NCBI GenBank assembly: GCA_049660945.1
Contig: JBASZO010000015.1
Span: 1,338-65,337, forward strand
Source of the DNA: Candidatus Saccharimonas sp.
Lineage (GTDB): Bacteria; Patescibacteriota; Saccharimonadia; Saccharimonadales; Saccharimonadaceae
DNA: 64,000 bases
Reading direction: 5' to 3'
Position numbers and translations under genes: made by a program. The first letter of the stretch is position 1. Every line of letters begins with the position of its first letter. Under the pieces are notes generated by a model. It saw nothing but the letters and a program-made list of their open reading frames with translations, searched no databases and was not told the origin of the DNA. Below, in pieces: positions 55,011-64,000 of this stretch.

Positions 55011-56020
55011 GCGACACGTGTATTCACAAGTGTATTGAGCGAGCTAACCATACCCAATAGTACTGCTGGCATGTCGTGAATAGTAGACTGAGTTGTGCGA
55101 ACATTCGTTTCGGAGTCGTGCAGTTCACAGCTAAAAGCGATATTTCCTGTTTCGTTGACCACGGCAATCATGTCGATAGTGATAACAGTGCCTTCTTGTG
55201 TGTATCGATATATCGATTGCTTCATAGCGATCATGAATTCGCTCTCACCGACGTCGTACTGCGTACGGTGCACGACGAGTGATATTTTGCCGGATGGTTT
55301 CTGTTGCGTCGTATCATTGCCATCGTCTGGGAACGTATAGTGTGAGTACTCATTTGATGTAGAGAATTGACGACCGTGTGTAGCAAGCTCATCGCGAAAG
55401 AGGTTCGTTAGTTCATCGAGCGGCTCATCGGTGCCTTCATCTTCTATAGAACGAATGCGTGCTGCGCCTGTATCGTAGGCAGTAACCGGCCAGTAGTGGC
55501 TTACGAGACTGAGCACACCTTTGTCGGAGAGCCCTTTTAGGCTACCGTCATCGTCGAGTATTTCGTAGCCACTCCAATGTCCTGTCTCAGGGTCGCGAAC
55601 AACACTGATTGGACGGTAGCTGGAGTCGGCATGGTTCGGGTGAAGATATATATTGCCTTTTGCAAATCCATTGCCGCGTACCTCAAGTGTTCCTGATAAC
55701 GCACCGGTGCTATCTCTTCCGAAAGGAACGTCGACGATTTCGGTCGTGCGAACTTCGGGCGGAACAGTGCTTTGCTCTAGGTCTGCTGCGCGTTCAAAGA
55801 GGAGCTGTGCAAGCATATCCAGGGTAACTTCAGTGTCAAGCTCTTGCTCTAAGTAAGCAAACAGGGCTGCGTGACTATCGTCTCCACTCGTACCGTCTTC
55901 GAGGTTAGCAATGATTTGGTGGTCACCAGGCACATGAGCGAACTCTTTTTCGAGTCTCTTGAAATCATTTTCTTCCATATGTCTCTTGTGCTCGTTAGCG
56001 CGCCACGACTTATCTTCCAT
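55007..56020 (-). CDS. Hypothetical acidic protein (337 aa)
   Basis: Long ORF convergent with alaS (4-nt overlap of the ends). No family recognised. Confidence 0.5.
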   Translation of the reverse strand: MEDKSWRANEHKRHMEENDFKRLEKEFAHVPGDHQIIANLEDGTSGDDSHAALFAYLEQELDTEVTLDMLAQLLFERAADLEQSTVPPEVRTTEIVDVPFGRDSTGALSGTLEVRGNGFAKGNIYLHPNHADSSYRPISVVRDPETGHWSGYEILDDDGSLKGLSDKGVLSLVSHYWPVTAYDTGAARIRSIEDEGTDEPLDELTNLFRDELATHGRQFSTSNEYSHYTFPDDGNDTTQQKPSGKISLVVHRTQYDVGESEFMIAMKQSIYRYTQEGTVITIDMIAVVNETGNIAFSCELHDSETNVRTTQSTIHDMPAVLLGMVSSLNTLVNTRVA

Positions 56021-56114
56021 ATCTTTATTATATCACAAAAACTAATAGTTTACAATAGTTTGTATGCCGGGTTTGTCAGCCATGAGCGCTTTTGATGTAT
56101 AATGAGGTATATCT

Positions 56115-57377
56115 ATGGTTTTCGAAAAATTTCTCAAAAAGCCGAACGGAACACAGCAAGAGTTTGTCGTTGGTCTTGATATCGGTACCGAGTATGTAAA
56201 AGCATTGATTGCACAGGTGGATGGTGAACAGATACAGATTGTCGGTGTAGGCAGGGCGCATCAAGAACTGAGCGATATGCATCAGGGTGCGATTGCCGAT
56301 ATTACCGGTGTTGTCCGTAATTGTGAAGATGCGCTTGCGCAAGCCGAAGAGGCCGCGGGGATACAGGCCAAGCGCTGCGTCATAGGTATAGCTGGCGAAC
56401 TGGTAAAAGGAGTGACGAATACGATTCGCTATCGTCGTCCGCAGCCAGATCGTCCCCTCGATGAGGCAGAGGTAGAATTTATTATCGAGAAGGTACAGGA
56501 TCGCGCTGCGGCAAAGGCGCAAAAACAAATCGCGCTTGAGACTGGCAACGACGACGTAGAGGTAAAACTCGTCAACTCTGCACTCGTGAGTATTCATATA
56601 GACGGTTACAAAGTGTCAAATCCAATCGGCTTTCAGGGCAAGGACGTCGCGGTACAGATTTATACAGCTTTTGCCCCTATGGTGCATATTGGCGCGCTCG
56701 AGAAAGTGGCTGACGAGCTTGATCTCGAGTTGGTCGCTGTTGCTGCAGAGCCATTTGCGGTGAGCCGTAGTGTGCTTGGTACGGATGCGAATAGCTCGTT
56801 CACTGCCATCCTTGTAGATGTTGGCGGTGGTACAACTGATATCGCCGTTGTTAACGATGGTGGCGTTGAGGGCACGAAGATGTTTGGTATTGGCGGGCGT
56901 AGCTTTACAAATACTATTTCGCACGAGCTCGGCATCAGTTACCAGAGTGCCGAGAAGCTAAAGGTGAACGTACACGACGAAAAGATCAAGCCAGCTGTGA
57001 AAAAAGATATCGAAAAAGCAGTCGACAAGACACTCGAAGTTTGGTTGGCGGGCGTTGAGCTTGCGCTCAGTGAGTTTGATTCTGTCGACCATTTGCCTCC
57101 TAGGATATTGTTATGCGGAGGTGGCGCATCGCTTGATCAGCTAGTGACGGCACTCGAATCAAAAGATTGGTACAAAGACCTGCCATTTACGAAGCGACCA
57201 AGCGTACAGCATATCAAGCTGAATGACGTCGTGGGCGTAACTGATACGACAGATAAAGCGAGTGACCACACGTTCATTACCGCCATGGGATTGCTACGAG
57301 TAGGGTATGATACAATGATAGGCACAAGCGACACTAGCTCACTAAAGGAAAAATTAAACAGGATGTTGCGCATCTGA
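56115..57377 (+). CDS. ftsA: Cell division protein FtsA (actin-like ATPase)
   Basis: VVGLDIGTEYVKALI, VDVGGGTTDIAV, LCGGGASL. Confidence 0.85.
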   Translation: MVFEKFLKKPNGTQQEFVVGLDIGTEYVKALIAQVDGEQIQIVGVGRAHQELSDMHQGAIADITGVVRNCEDALAQAEEAAGIQAKRCVIGIAGELVKGVTNTIRYRRPQPDRPLDEAEVEFIIEKVQDRAAAKAQKQIALETGNDDVEVKLVNSALVSIHIDGYKVSNPIGFQGKDVAVQIYTAFAPMVHIGALEKVADELDLELVAVAAEPFAVSRSVLGTDANSSFTAILVDVGGGTTDIAVVNDGGVEGTKMFGIGGRSFTNTISHELGISYQSAEKLKVNVHDEKIKPAVKKDIEKAVDKTLEVWLAGVELALSEFDSVDHLPPRILLCGGGASLDQLVTALESKDWYKDLPFTKRPSVQHIKLNDVVGVTDTTDKASDHTFITAMGLLRVGYDTMIGTSDTSSLKEKLNRMLRI

Positions 57378-57391
57378 CCGATAGAATAGGC

Positions 57392-58993
57392 ATGCAAAAA
57401 GACGTTATCTACATCGATGTCGAAGACGATATTACCGCCATTATCGGCAAGGTAAAGGCTTCGAATGCGCGTATAGTTGCACTTGTGCCTCCAAAGCGCC
57501 TGGGAGCAATCCAGAGTGCAGTGAACCTCAAGCTGGTGCACCGTGCTGCAGATCAAGCAGATAAGCGACTAGTAATCATTAGTAACAACGCGGCACTTGT
57601 CGCATTAGCTGCATCTGCTGGTATTCCTGTGGCAAAGAACTTGCAGAGCAAGCCAGAGCTTGCTGAAGTTTCTGCACTCGAAATAGATGAGGGTGAAGAT
57701 GTCATAGATGGGAGCGAAGCACAGGGCAAGTCAGCGTCAAGCAACTCTATCGAATCCACAGAGGCAGAGCCCTCTACTCCTTCAACTGGCATGCCAGGGG
57801 CTGCACTTGCGGCAGCGCGTTCAACCAAGCCAAAGATTCCAAACTTCGACACCTTTCGCAAAAAGTTATTTCTCGGAGTAGGTGCTGGGGTTTTGTTGAT
57901 TGGATTTCTCGTGTGGGCGCTTGTATTTGCGCCACATGCTTCTATTATCGTAACGGCTCGTACCTCAAATAGTGCCCTGACGACAAAGGTCTCAGTAGGA
58001 GACAGCTTCTCTACAAGCCTAAAAGACGGTACGATCAAATCGACGACAAAGACACTGAAGAAGAATGTCACTACCCCTGTGACGGCAACGGGTACAAAAA
58101 ATGTTGGTGAAAAAGCGAAAGGAACAGTAAAATTCACTACCACTAATCCAAGCGGTGCGTCTATCCCCGCTGGAACAGCACTCACCGTTGCTGGCATGAC
58201 CTTTTCTCTTGAATCGGCGGTTACTGTACCTGGCGCAACACTTTCGTTTAGCTGTGGCGGTATATGTCCGGGAACAGCAAATGGTGTAATTGTAGCTCCA
58301 GAGGGTGGCCAAAAGTATAATGGCGCGAGCGGCACTGTTACTGGCGCACCTTCGGGCGTATCGGCATCGACTGTCGGTTCAACAAGTGGCGGTACCGACA
58401 AAACAGCGACGACGGTACAGCAAAGTGATGTAGATAGTGCTATGGCGAACCTTGTGAGCAACGAGGATAGCGATGCGGCAAAGGATGATCTCAAGAAAGA
58501 ATTTGGTGACAGTTACGTGGTAATGTCAGAGACGTTCAAGAAAGACACGGCGGGCGTAAAGCCAAATCCTGCGGTAGATGCCGAAGCAAGCGATGGCAAA
58601 GCGACTTTGGCGGGTGAAGTTAGCTTCACGATGACGGCAGTTGCAAAGTCTGAGCTAAACAAGTTCCTTGACGAATACTATGCACAGCAAATCGACGGCA
58701 AGCCTGATCAGAAGGTCTATGACAATGGCGCGAAGAGTGCGACATTTACCGGTGTTTCGGCTAGTGATAAAGGGTTTAGTGCGAATATTGCCGCAAATGG
58801 CAAGATAGGCCCGAAGATTGATGAAGAAGCGTTGAAAAACTACGCTAAGGGCAAGCGCTACGGTGAAATTCAGTCGTATGTGCAAGATATCAACGGTGTC
58901 GACAGTGTCGATGTGAAGTTCTCGCCATTCTGGGTGCAGTCTGCTCCAAATGACGTCAAGAGAATTCAGGTAGAATTCAAAGTAAATGACTAA
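57392..58993 (+). CDS. Hypothetical bitopic membrane protein downstream of ftsA (cytoplasmic N-domain, one TM segment, beta-rich Thr/Gly/Val-rich ectodomain)
   Basis: TM segment LFLGVGAGVLLIGFLVWALVFAP. The ectodomain segments (GTVKFTTTNPSGASIPAGTALTVAGMTF) faintly resemble baseplate-J-like CPR proteins. Weak, pattern only. Confidence 0.55.
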   Translation: MQKDVIYIDVEDDITAIIGKVKASNARIVALVPPKRLGAIQSAVNLKLVHRAADQADKRLVIISNNAALVALAASAGIPVAKNLQSKPELAEVSALEIDEGEDVIDGSEAQGKSASSNSIESTEAEPSTPSTGMPGAALAAARSTKPKIPNFDTFRKKLFLGVGAGVLLIGFLVWALVFAPHASIIVTARTSNSALTTKVSVGDSFSTSLKDGTIKSTTKTLKKNVTTPVTATGTKNVGEKAKGTVKFTTTNPSGASIPAGTALTVAGMTFSLESAVTVPGATLSFSCGGICPGTANGVIVAPEGGQKYNGASGTVTGAPSGVSASTVGSTSGGTDKTATTVQQSDVDSAMANLVSNEDSDAAKDDLKKEFGDSYVVMSETFKKDTAGVKPNPAVDAEASDGKATLAGEVSFTMTAVAKSELNKFLDEYYAQQIDGKPDQKVYDNGAKSATFTGVSASDKGFSANIAANGKIGPKIDEEALKNYAKGKRYGEIQSYVQDINGVDSVDVKFSPFWVQSAPNDVKRIQVEFKVND

Positions 58994-59396
58994 GCAGCTC
59001 CTCGCACTCGATGTAGGTGAAAAGCGCATCGGAGTAGCGCTAGCTGACCCTGCTATCGGTATAGCTATCGTCTATGACACGCTAGAAGTGGACGGTACCG
59101 AAGTTGCTCGTATCGCGCAAGCAGTGATTGAAGAAAAAATCACGACCATTGTCGTAGGGTACCCTAGGAATCAATCGGGTGAAGCAACGCAGCAAACGGC
59201 ATTCGTAGAAGCGTTCGTGGCGAAACTAGAGGATGTAGATGTGCCAATTGTGTTTCAGGATGAATCACTTACGAGTGTCCGTGCCGAAGAGATGCTAAAT
59301 CGCCAAGGAAAGCCATACCAAAAAGGTGACATAGATGCACTTGCGGCATGCTTGATCCTGCAAGATTATCTGGAGCAAAATCGTGGACGGATTTAA
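58986..59396 (+). CDS. ruvX: Holliday junction resolvase-like RuvX (YqgF)
   Basis: LLALDVGEKRIGVALAD, VVGYPRNQSGE, DESLTS. Confidence 0.88.
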   Translation: MTKQLLALDVGEKRIGVALADPAIGIAIVYDTLEVDGTEVARIAQAVIEEKITTIVVGYPRNQSGEATQQTAFVEAFVAKLEDVDVPIVFQDESLTSVRAEEMLNRQGKPYQKGDIDALAACLILQDYLEQNRGRI

Positions 59397-60738
59397 GCGA
59401 CCACCCCGTCGTCCAGAAGGGGCGCCAGGAGTTTCGCCGCGGCCGGTCGTGGTACCAGCTTCGCGAGTGAGTGATGTTGCGGCAAACCCTCAGCAGACAG
59501 CGGCATCTACTGCTTCGAGAATACCAGAAACCGCACTACCTCCTGTCTTGCCAAACGACCCACCCGCTGAACTGGCTGTTGAATTGCAACCACCAGAAAT
59601 TGGTGAAAAAGCTCCCGAGAGAGTGCTAAAAAAGAAGCGCTCAGGTTTCGCAAAGAGCATGATAGTTTTTGGTCTATTCGCTGCGATTGCATTGCTTGTT
59701 GCAGGTGGTGCGTATGCATGGTTTTTTACTATGACGTTGGCGCCGGATCCATCAAACGATCGCATCGTTGGTTTTGAGGTCAAGCCAAATACGTCACTTG
59801 GGGCTATCGGTGAACAGTTGAAAGAACGGGGGCTCATAAAAGATGCGTTTGCTTTCAGCGTGTATGCGCGACTAAATGGACAGCAGAACGCCATCCAGAC
59901 CGGTACATGTAACCTCAGTCCTGCGGAAACGGTTCGTGAAATAATGGATAAGCTTACCGCTGGATGTCATGATTTTGCCTCAGTAACGTTTTACCCCGGT
60001 GCAACAATAGAAAAACCAACCTTCAAGCCAGAAGGATCGACGATCTCACTCGACTTGTATGTTAAGAACATGCTTCGAAAAGCCGGCTACACCGATAGTG
60101 AGATTACAGAGGCGTTATCGGCAAGTTACAAAGGCCCACTCTTTGACGGCAAGCCCGCTGGTACCACGCTAGAGGGGTACATATTTGGTGAAACATATCA
60201 TGTTGCCACAGATGCCACCGCACAAGAAGTACTCCAAGTGGTGTTCGATCACATGTATGAAGTGGTAGCGCAAAACGGACTTGTCGCAAAATACCAGGCA
60301 CAAGGCTTGAGTTTATACCAGGGAATCACTATGGCGTCGATTGTGCAGCGAGAGCTTAACTGTGAAGACAAGCCAACCAAAGAGCGAAAAGATCGCTGCC
60401 ATGCCTATCAAAAGACAATCGCGAGTGTTTTTTATAATCGACTCAAGATTAACATGCCGCTAGGCTCCGATTCGACATTTATCTATGCTGCAGATATGCT
60501 TGGTCAGCCAGCGACCTCGCGAATCGATTCGCCTTATAACACCTATCGTGTTACGGGCCTGCCTCCAGGGCCAATTGGCGCTCCGGGTGAACTCGCGCTT
60601 ACCGCTGCCGCCGAACCGGACAAAACTGATTATTTATTCTTTGTAGCTGGTGACGATGGGCTGATTTACTTCTCGCGAACGCAGGCGGAACACGAAGCGA
60701 ATACGGCAAAATATTGCAAAATATTGTGTGCGTATTAG
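59383..60738 (+). CDS. mltG: Endolytic murein transglycosylase MltG (YceG-like) with a long Pro-rich N-terminal extension
   Basis: TM anchor, ASIVQRE, SPYNTYRVTGLPPGPIGAPG, YLFFVA. Confidence 0.85.
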   Translation: MDGFKRPPRRPEGAPGVSPRPVVVPASRVSDVAANPQQTAASTASRIPETALPPVLPNDPPAELAVELQPPEIGEKAPERVLKKKRSGFAKSMIVFGLFAAIALLVAGGAYAWFFTMTLAPDPSNDRIVGFEVKPNTSLGAIGEQLKERGLIKDAFAFSVYARLNGQQNAIQTGTCNLSPAETVREIMDKLTAGCHDFASVTFYPGATIEKPTFKPEGSTISLDLYVKNMLRKAGYTDSEITEALSASYKGPLFDGKPAGTTLEGYIFGETYHVATDATAQEVLQVVFDHMYEVVAQNGLVAKYQAQGLSLYQGITMASIVQRELNCEDKPTKERKDRCHAYQKTIASVFYNRLKINMPLGSDSTFIYAADMLGQPATSRIDSPYNTYRVTGLPPGPIGAPGELALTAAAEPDKTDYLFFVAGDDGLIYFSRTQAEHEANTAKYCKILCAY

Positions 60739-60781
60739 CCATCCACCTCTGTTTTAGATGAGGAAAGCATAGGCGAATCTA

Positions 60782-60810
60782 TTGACGAAACCGTAGGAGT
60801 GCGGTATACT
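60782..60810 (+). promoter_or_regulatory. Near-consensus sigma70 promoter about 310 nt upstream of the LysM-CHAP hydrolase ORF
   Basis: TTGACG (60782-87), 17-nt spacer, TATACT (60805-10). Confidence 0.55.
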
Positions 60811-61123
60811 CAGGAAAGCACCTTGCCTTAGTGATATCGCAGAACTTCTGTTCTAAGAAATCAGCGGGCGGGCATAAACGAGCAACGGTGCCTACCTTAA
60901 ATGTCGTTACGAACGCCGAACAGCACACTATAACGTACTAAATATTATCTAATACTTATTGGTCGACATGTGCGTTCTGCCCTGAATTCAGGGGAAAGAC
61001 AAAGTCAGGTAGTTGTATTGTCAGCAATGATGATACAGGAGAAAGATTATTCGTAATTATGTTGACGAGATTTCGCTGAAAGTTCAGCAGTCTCGTGAAA
61101 CGACAGAACAGATCCAGAGCTCG

Positions 61124-62239
61124 TTGCGTGCAGCGAAGTCTCACGGTTCTATTTCTGGCTCGGCTATCGCCTCGTACTTTGGCGTGTTCTTGCTAGTAGT
61201 TACTTTGATAACTGTTGCATACCGCCCCCCTGTGAATGAATCGTCGGCAAGTGCCGAAAGTGTTCCTGGCCAGACGAAACCCGCTACTGTTGCGACTGAC
61301 AGCCCTACTGCTGTAGACAAAGTTGTTGCAACAAATATTGCGTCGTCGCTTGCTGAGAGTACAGATATGCCTATCAGCAACAACGTCGCCAACCTTTCGC
61401 AATCCCTTGCGGTCGAGAGTGTACTCGGCCAAACAGATACAAATGTCATTAGTAAACCGCAGATCGTCCAGCCGACAGCAAGTGGCCAAACGGTACAAAC
61501 GTACGTCACTGTTGCTGGCGATACTGCAGAATCCGTAGCACAGCGCTATGGTATTTCTGTGACGACGTTAAAGTGGAGTAATAGCCTTACTTCTGACGCA
61601 CTCGAACCAGGAAAAACACTCACCATTATGCCAGTTGATGGTACGCTATATACTGCCAAGAGCGGAGATACAGTAGCTTCGATTGCTACAAAGTATGGTG
61701 CAAATGCAGATGCGATTGTGGCGTATAACAACCTAGAACTCTCTGGCGTTCCGGCGGCGGGTACAAAACTTGTGATTCCTGGTGGTGTATTGCCAGAAAC
61801 AGAACGACCCGGATATGTAGCACCACGTGTCAATGCTGGCGTGAACTACGGTAACTTTAGCGGTGGGTATGGTTCGTCTTACTCCGGAAGTGTTTCGGTT
61901 GGAAATCGATACGCTTGGGGTAACTGTACGTGGTATGTGTATGAGCGTCGTCAGCAACTTGGTCGCCCTGTCGGAAGTTTCTGGGGTAATGCAAGTACTT
62001 GGGCATATAATGCTCGAATGGCGGGCTTTGCTGTAAACGGAACTCCTGCAGCCGGTGCAGTTATGGCGAACGGTGGTGGGTACGGGCACGTTTCTATTGT
62101 AGAGTCAGTTAATCCTGGAGTTTCTATCACGATTAGTGAGATGAATGGGTATCGATTTGGCGGTGGATTTGCCCGTGTCGGCAATGGCACGATAGACTGG
62201 GCTACGGCGACGAGCGGCTACTACCAATACATTCATTAG
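61124..62239 (+). CDS. Secreted or anchored peptidoglycan hydrolase: 2 x LysM plus a C-terminal CHAP domain
   Basis: LysM repeats YVTVAGDTAESVAQRYGISVTTLKWSN and YTAKSGDTVASIATKYGANADAIVAYNN. CHAP motifs YAWGNCTWYVY and GHVSIVESV. The only canonical start is TTG 61124; see findings. Confidence 0.8.
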   Translation: MRAAKSHGSISGSAIASYFGVFLLVVTLITVAYRPPVNESSASAESVPGQTKPATVATDSPTAVDKVVATNIASSLAESTDMPISNNVANLSQSLAVESVLGQTDTNVISKPQIVQPTASGQTVQTYVTVAGDTAESVAQRYGISVTTLKWSNSLTSDALEPGKTLTIMPVDGTLYTAKSGDTVASIATKYGANADAIVAYNNLELSGVPAAGTKLVIPGGVLPETERPGYVAPRVNAGVNYGNFSGGYGSSYSGSVSVGNRYAWGNCTWYVYERRQQLGRPVGSFWGNASTWAYNARMAGFAVNGTPAAGAVMANGGGYGHVSIVESVNPGVSITISEMNGYRFGGGFARVGNGTIDWATATSGYYQYIH

Positions 62240-62260
62240 TATATAAATCATGAAATCTTA

Positions 62261-62291
62261 AAATGCCTCTGTCAAATATGAGGCATTTTTG
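62261..62291 (+). terminator. Rho-independent terminator
   Basis: aatgcctc-tgtcaaatat-gaggcatt followed by tttt. Confidence 0.6.
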
Positions 62292-62308
62292 ATATAGTAC
62301 TAACAGAT

Positions 62309-63610
62309 ATGTTTGTCGATACAGCAAAAGTACTGGTTCAAGCAGGCAAAGGCGGCGATGGAGCCGTCAGTTTTCGTCATGAAATCTATGTCGACAAAGG
62401 GGGTCCAGATGGCGGCGACGGTGGGCGTGGGGGTAATGTCATATTTGTCGCAACCGAACAGTTGAATACGCTACTCAACTTTCGTTACAAACCTGAACTA
62501 AAAGCGGATCCTGGAGTGAATGGTAGCAAGCGCAAGATGGCGGGTCGTACCGGTAAAGATTTACTTGTGAAAGTGCCTGTTGGCACGCTTGTGAAACGAG
62601 ATGGCGAGGTAATCGCTGATCTTGCAAAACACGGCCAAGAAGTAGTGATTGCTAAGGGTGGTGACGGTGGATTCGGCAATGCGCACTTTAAATCATCAGT
62701 GCGCCAGACGCCACGTATTGCAGAAGTCGGTGAACCGGGTGAGGCATTTGAAGCCGAGCTAGAATTGAAACTTCTCGCTGATGTAGGACTGGTAGGATTT
62801 CCGAATGCCGGCAAGTCAACTTTTCTTTCGGTGGTTTCAAATGCTCGACCAGAGATCGCCGATTATCCCTTTACAACACTCGTGCCGAATCTAGGTGTGG
62901 CAGATATTGACGATGACAGTATACTTATTGCTGATATACCAGGATTGATTGAGGGTGCAAGCGAAGGGAAGGGTCTTGGCGATGCGTTTTTGCGGCACGT
63001 TGAACGCACGGCAGTTCTGCTGCACCTTATAGACGTCTACAGTGACGATGTTGTCGCAAGTTACCGCACCATTCGCCAAGAGCTCGAGCGCTATAGTCCA
63101 GATCTTGCGACGCGTCCAGAAGTGGTTACATTGACAAAATGTGATGGCTTGGATCAAGAGATTATCGATATGCAAATGCAAGCACTGCGCGCTGTCCTGT
63201 CGAAAGATGTCGAGATCTTTGCAATCGCTTCGCAATCACACCTCGGGCTAAAGGAAGTTTTACGCGCCCTTCGCAGTAGAGTAATCGAAGTTCGTACTCT
63301 CGAAAGCGAAGTAAGTGCCGAAAGTGATAGTGCAGATGACGTAATGCCGGTCATTACTCTCGACGGCAAGCAACAATCGGAACACTGGGAAGTTCTGTAT
63401 GATGAGGATGAGCAAGTCTACCATGTAACGGGTGAGAAGATCGAGAAGTTTGCCCGACGCACTAACTATGATCAGTACGAAAGTGTGAATCGTTTACGCG
63501 ATATTATGAAGCGCCTCGGTATTGCGCACGAGCTTTCTCGCGCCGGAGCAGCCGGTGATAGTATGGTGCAAATTGGCGATAGTGCGCAGTTCACCTTGGT
63601 AGAGCAGTAA
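62309..63610 (+). CDS. obg: GTPase Obg/CgtA
   Basis: MFVDTAKV, the Gly-rich Obg fold GGDGGRGG, G1 GFPNAGKST, G3 DIPGLIEGA, NKCD-type TKCD. Confidence 0.92.
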   Translation: MFVDTAKVLVQAGKGGDGAVSFRHEIYVDKGGPDGGDGGRGGNVIFVATEQLNTLLNFRYKPELKADPGVNGSKRKMAGRTGKDLLVKVPVGTLVKRDGEVIADLAKHGQEVVIAKGGDGGFGNAHFKSSVRQTPRIAEVGEPGEAFEAELELKLLADVGLVGFPNAGKSTFLSVVSNARPEIADYPFTTLVPNLGVADIDDDSILIADIPGLIEGASEGKGLGDAFLRHVERTAVLLHLIDVYSDDVVASYRTIRQELERYSPDLATRPEVVTLTKCDGLDQEIIDMQMQALRAVLSKDVEIFAIASQSHLGLKEVLRALRSRVIEVRTLESEVSAESDSADDVMPVITLDGKQQSEHWEVLYDEDEQVYHVTGEKIEKFARRTNYDQYESVNRLRDIMKRLGIAHELSRAGAAGDSMVQIGDSAQFTLVEQ

Positions 63611-63661
63611 CAATCGCTAGTACTGTATAATAAAGACTGATATATAACCGGAGGGAAATAT

Positions 63662-63886
63662 ATGAGAGAGTTTTTGAATACAGATAGTGAGCAGTCGCCA
63701 TTACGTCCGATCGAGGAACTACGCGCGGCGATAGACGCGATTACTGATGGCAATCCAGGAGAGCTACTAACTGATCAACTAGAAGAACGGTTTATTGCTG
63801 CAGTTGCCGCAGTTGCTGCTAAGTACAACAAGAGTCCTGAAGAGATGGAGCACCTGATAAATACTATACGACTAGAGGATAGGTAG
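63662..63886 (+). CDS. Hypothetical 74-aa protein
   Basis: ORF-track entry with GGAGGG upstream. No family recognised. Confidence 0.4.
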   Translation: MREFLNTDSEQSPLRPIEELRAAIDAITDGNPGELLTDQLEERFIAAVAAVAAKYNKSPEEMEHLINTIRLEDR

Positions 63887-63901
63887 GACGAGGGGAATCG
63901 C

Positions 63902-64000
63902 GTGGCACAGACGTTCTTTTTTTACGACCTTGAGACAAGCGGGCTGAATCCACGCGAAGATCGAATCATGCAGTTTGCTGGGCAGCGAACCGACATGAAT
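63902..64000 (+). CDS. 5' fragment of a DnaQ-fold 3'-5' exonuclease (exonuclease I-like), truncated by the window end
   Basis: Hand translation VAQTFFFYDLETSGLNPREDRIMQFAGQRTDMN matches the ExoI motif (DxE) of SbcB-like exonucleases. Confidence 0.55.
   Translation, partial: MAQTFFFYDLETSGLNPREDRIMQFAGQRTDMN

Noticed and set aside
60811-61123. c-di-AMP (ydaO-type) riboswitch, considered because the leader precedes a cell-wall hydrolase gene.
   Set aside because: The conserved ydaO blocks (ACCUCGUAAGC-type and GGGGUGAAUC-type segments) are not present by eye. It is reported only as an unclassified long leader.
1-64000. CRISPR arrays, rRNA genes, IS elements with terminal inverted repeats, and alternative genetic code (UGA recoding).
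   Set aside because: I saw no regularly spaced direct repeats, no rRNA-like segments and no transposase ORF. Long housekeeping ORFs read through without in-frame TGA problems, so the standard code fits.

Overview
The window looks like a small-genome, Gram-positive-type bacterium, and the gene content fits Patescibacteria/CPR, probably Saccharibacteria. That assignment is inference only. Evidence for it: a PrgI/VirB4/VirB6-type secretion cluster, a type IV pilin, LysM-CHAP hydrolases, a compact pyk-pgk-tpiA block and a short AlaRS. ORFs read through in the standard code.

The left half (1-35 kb) is accessory-rich:
- tRNA-Glu(UUC) abutted by an integrative element (large serine recombinase, DUF2958, replication-relaxation protein).
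- A run of small stress and detox genes.
- A 1327-aa NACHT/STAND-type ATPase with a probable C-terminal PD-(D/E)xK nuclease.
- An orphan membrane/secreted-protein cassette flanked by a truncated paralog.
- A type IV secretion-like operon (pilin, pilin-VirB6 fusion, PrgI, split VirB4, CHAP hydrolase), with a displaced VirD4-like coupling protein.
- A G/C-shifted ~1 kb small-ORF cassette that ends in a textbook type III hammerhead ribozyme (30649-30701).
- A single-HKD PLD nuclease operon and a G/C-rich vWA (TerF-like) gene.

The right half (35-64 kb) is mostly core housekeeping: pyk, pgk, tpiA, pcrA, rsmA, pgeF, metG, tatD, cysteine desulfurase, mnmA, alaS, ftsA, ruvX, mltG and obg. One G/C-rich secreted-protein gene is inserted among them.

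I saw no rRNA and no CRISPR array. All calls come from reading the sequence and the ORF track, with motif-level recognition only. No database search was run.
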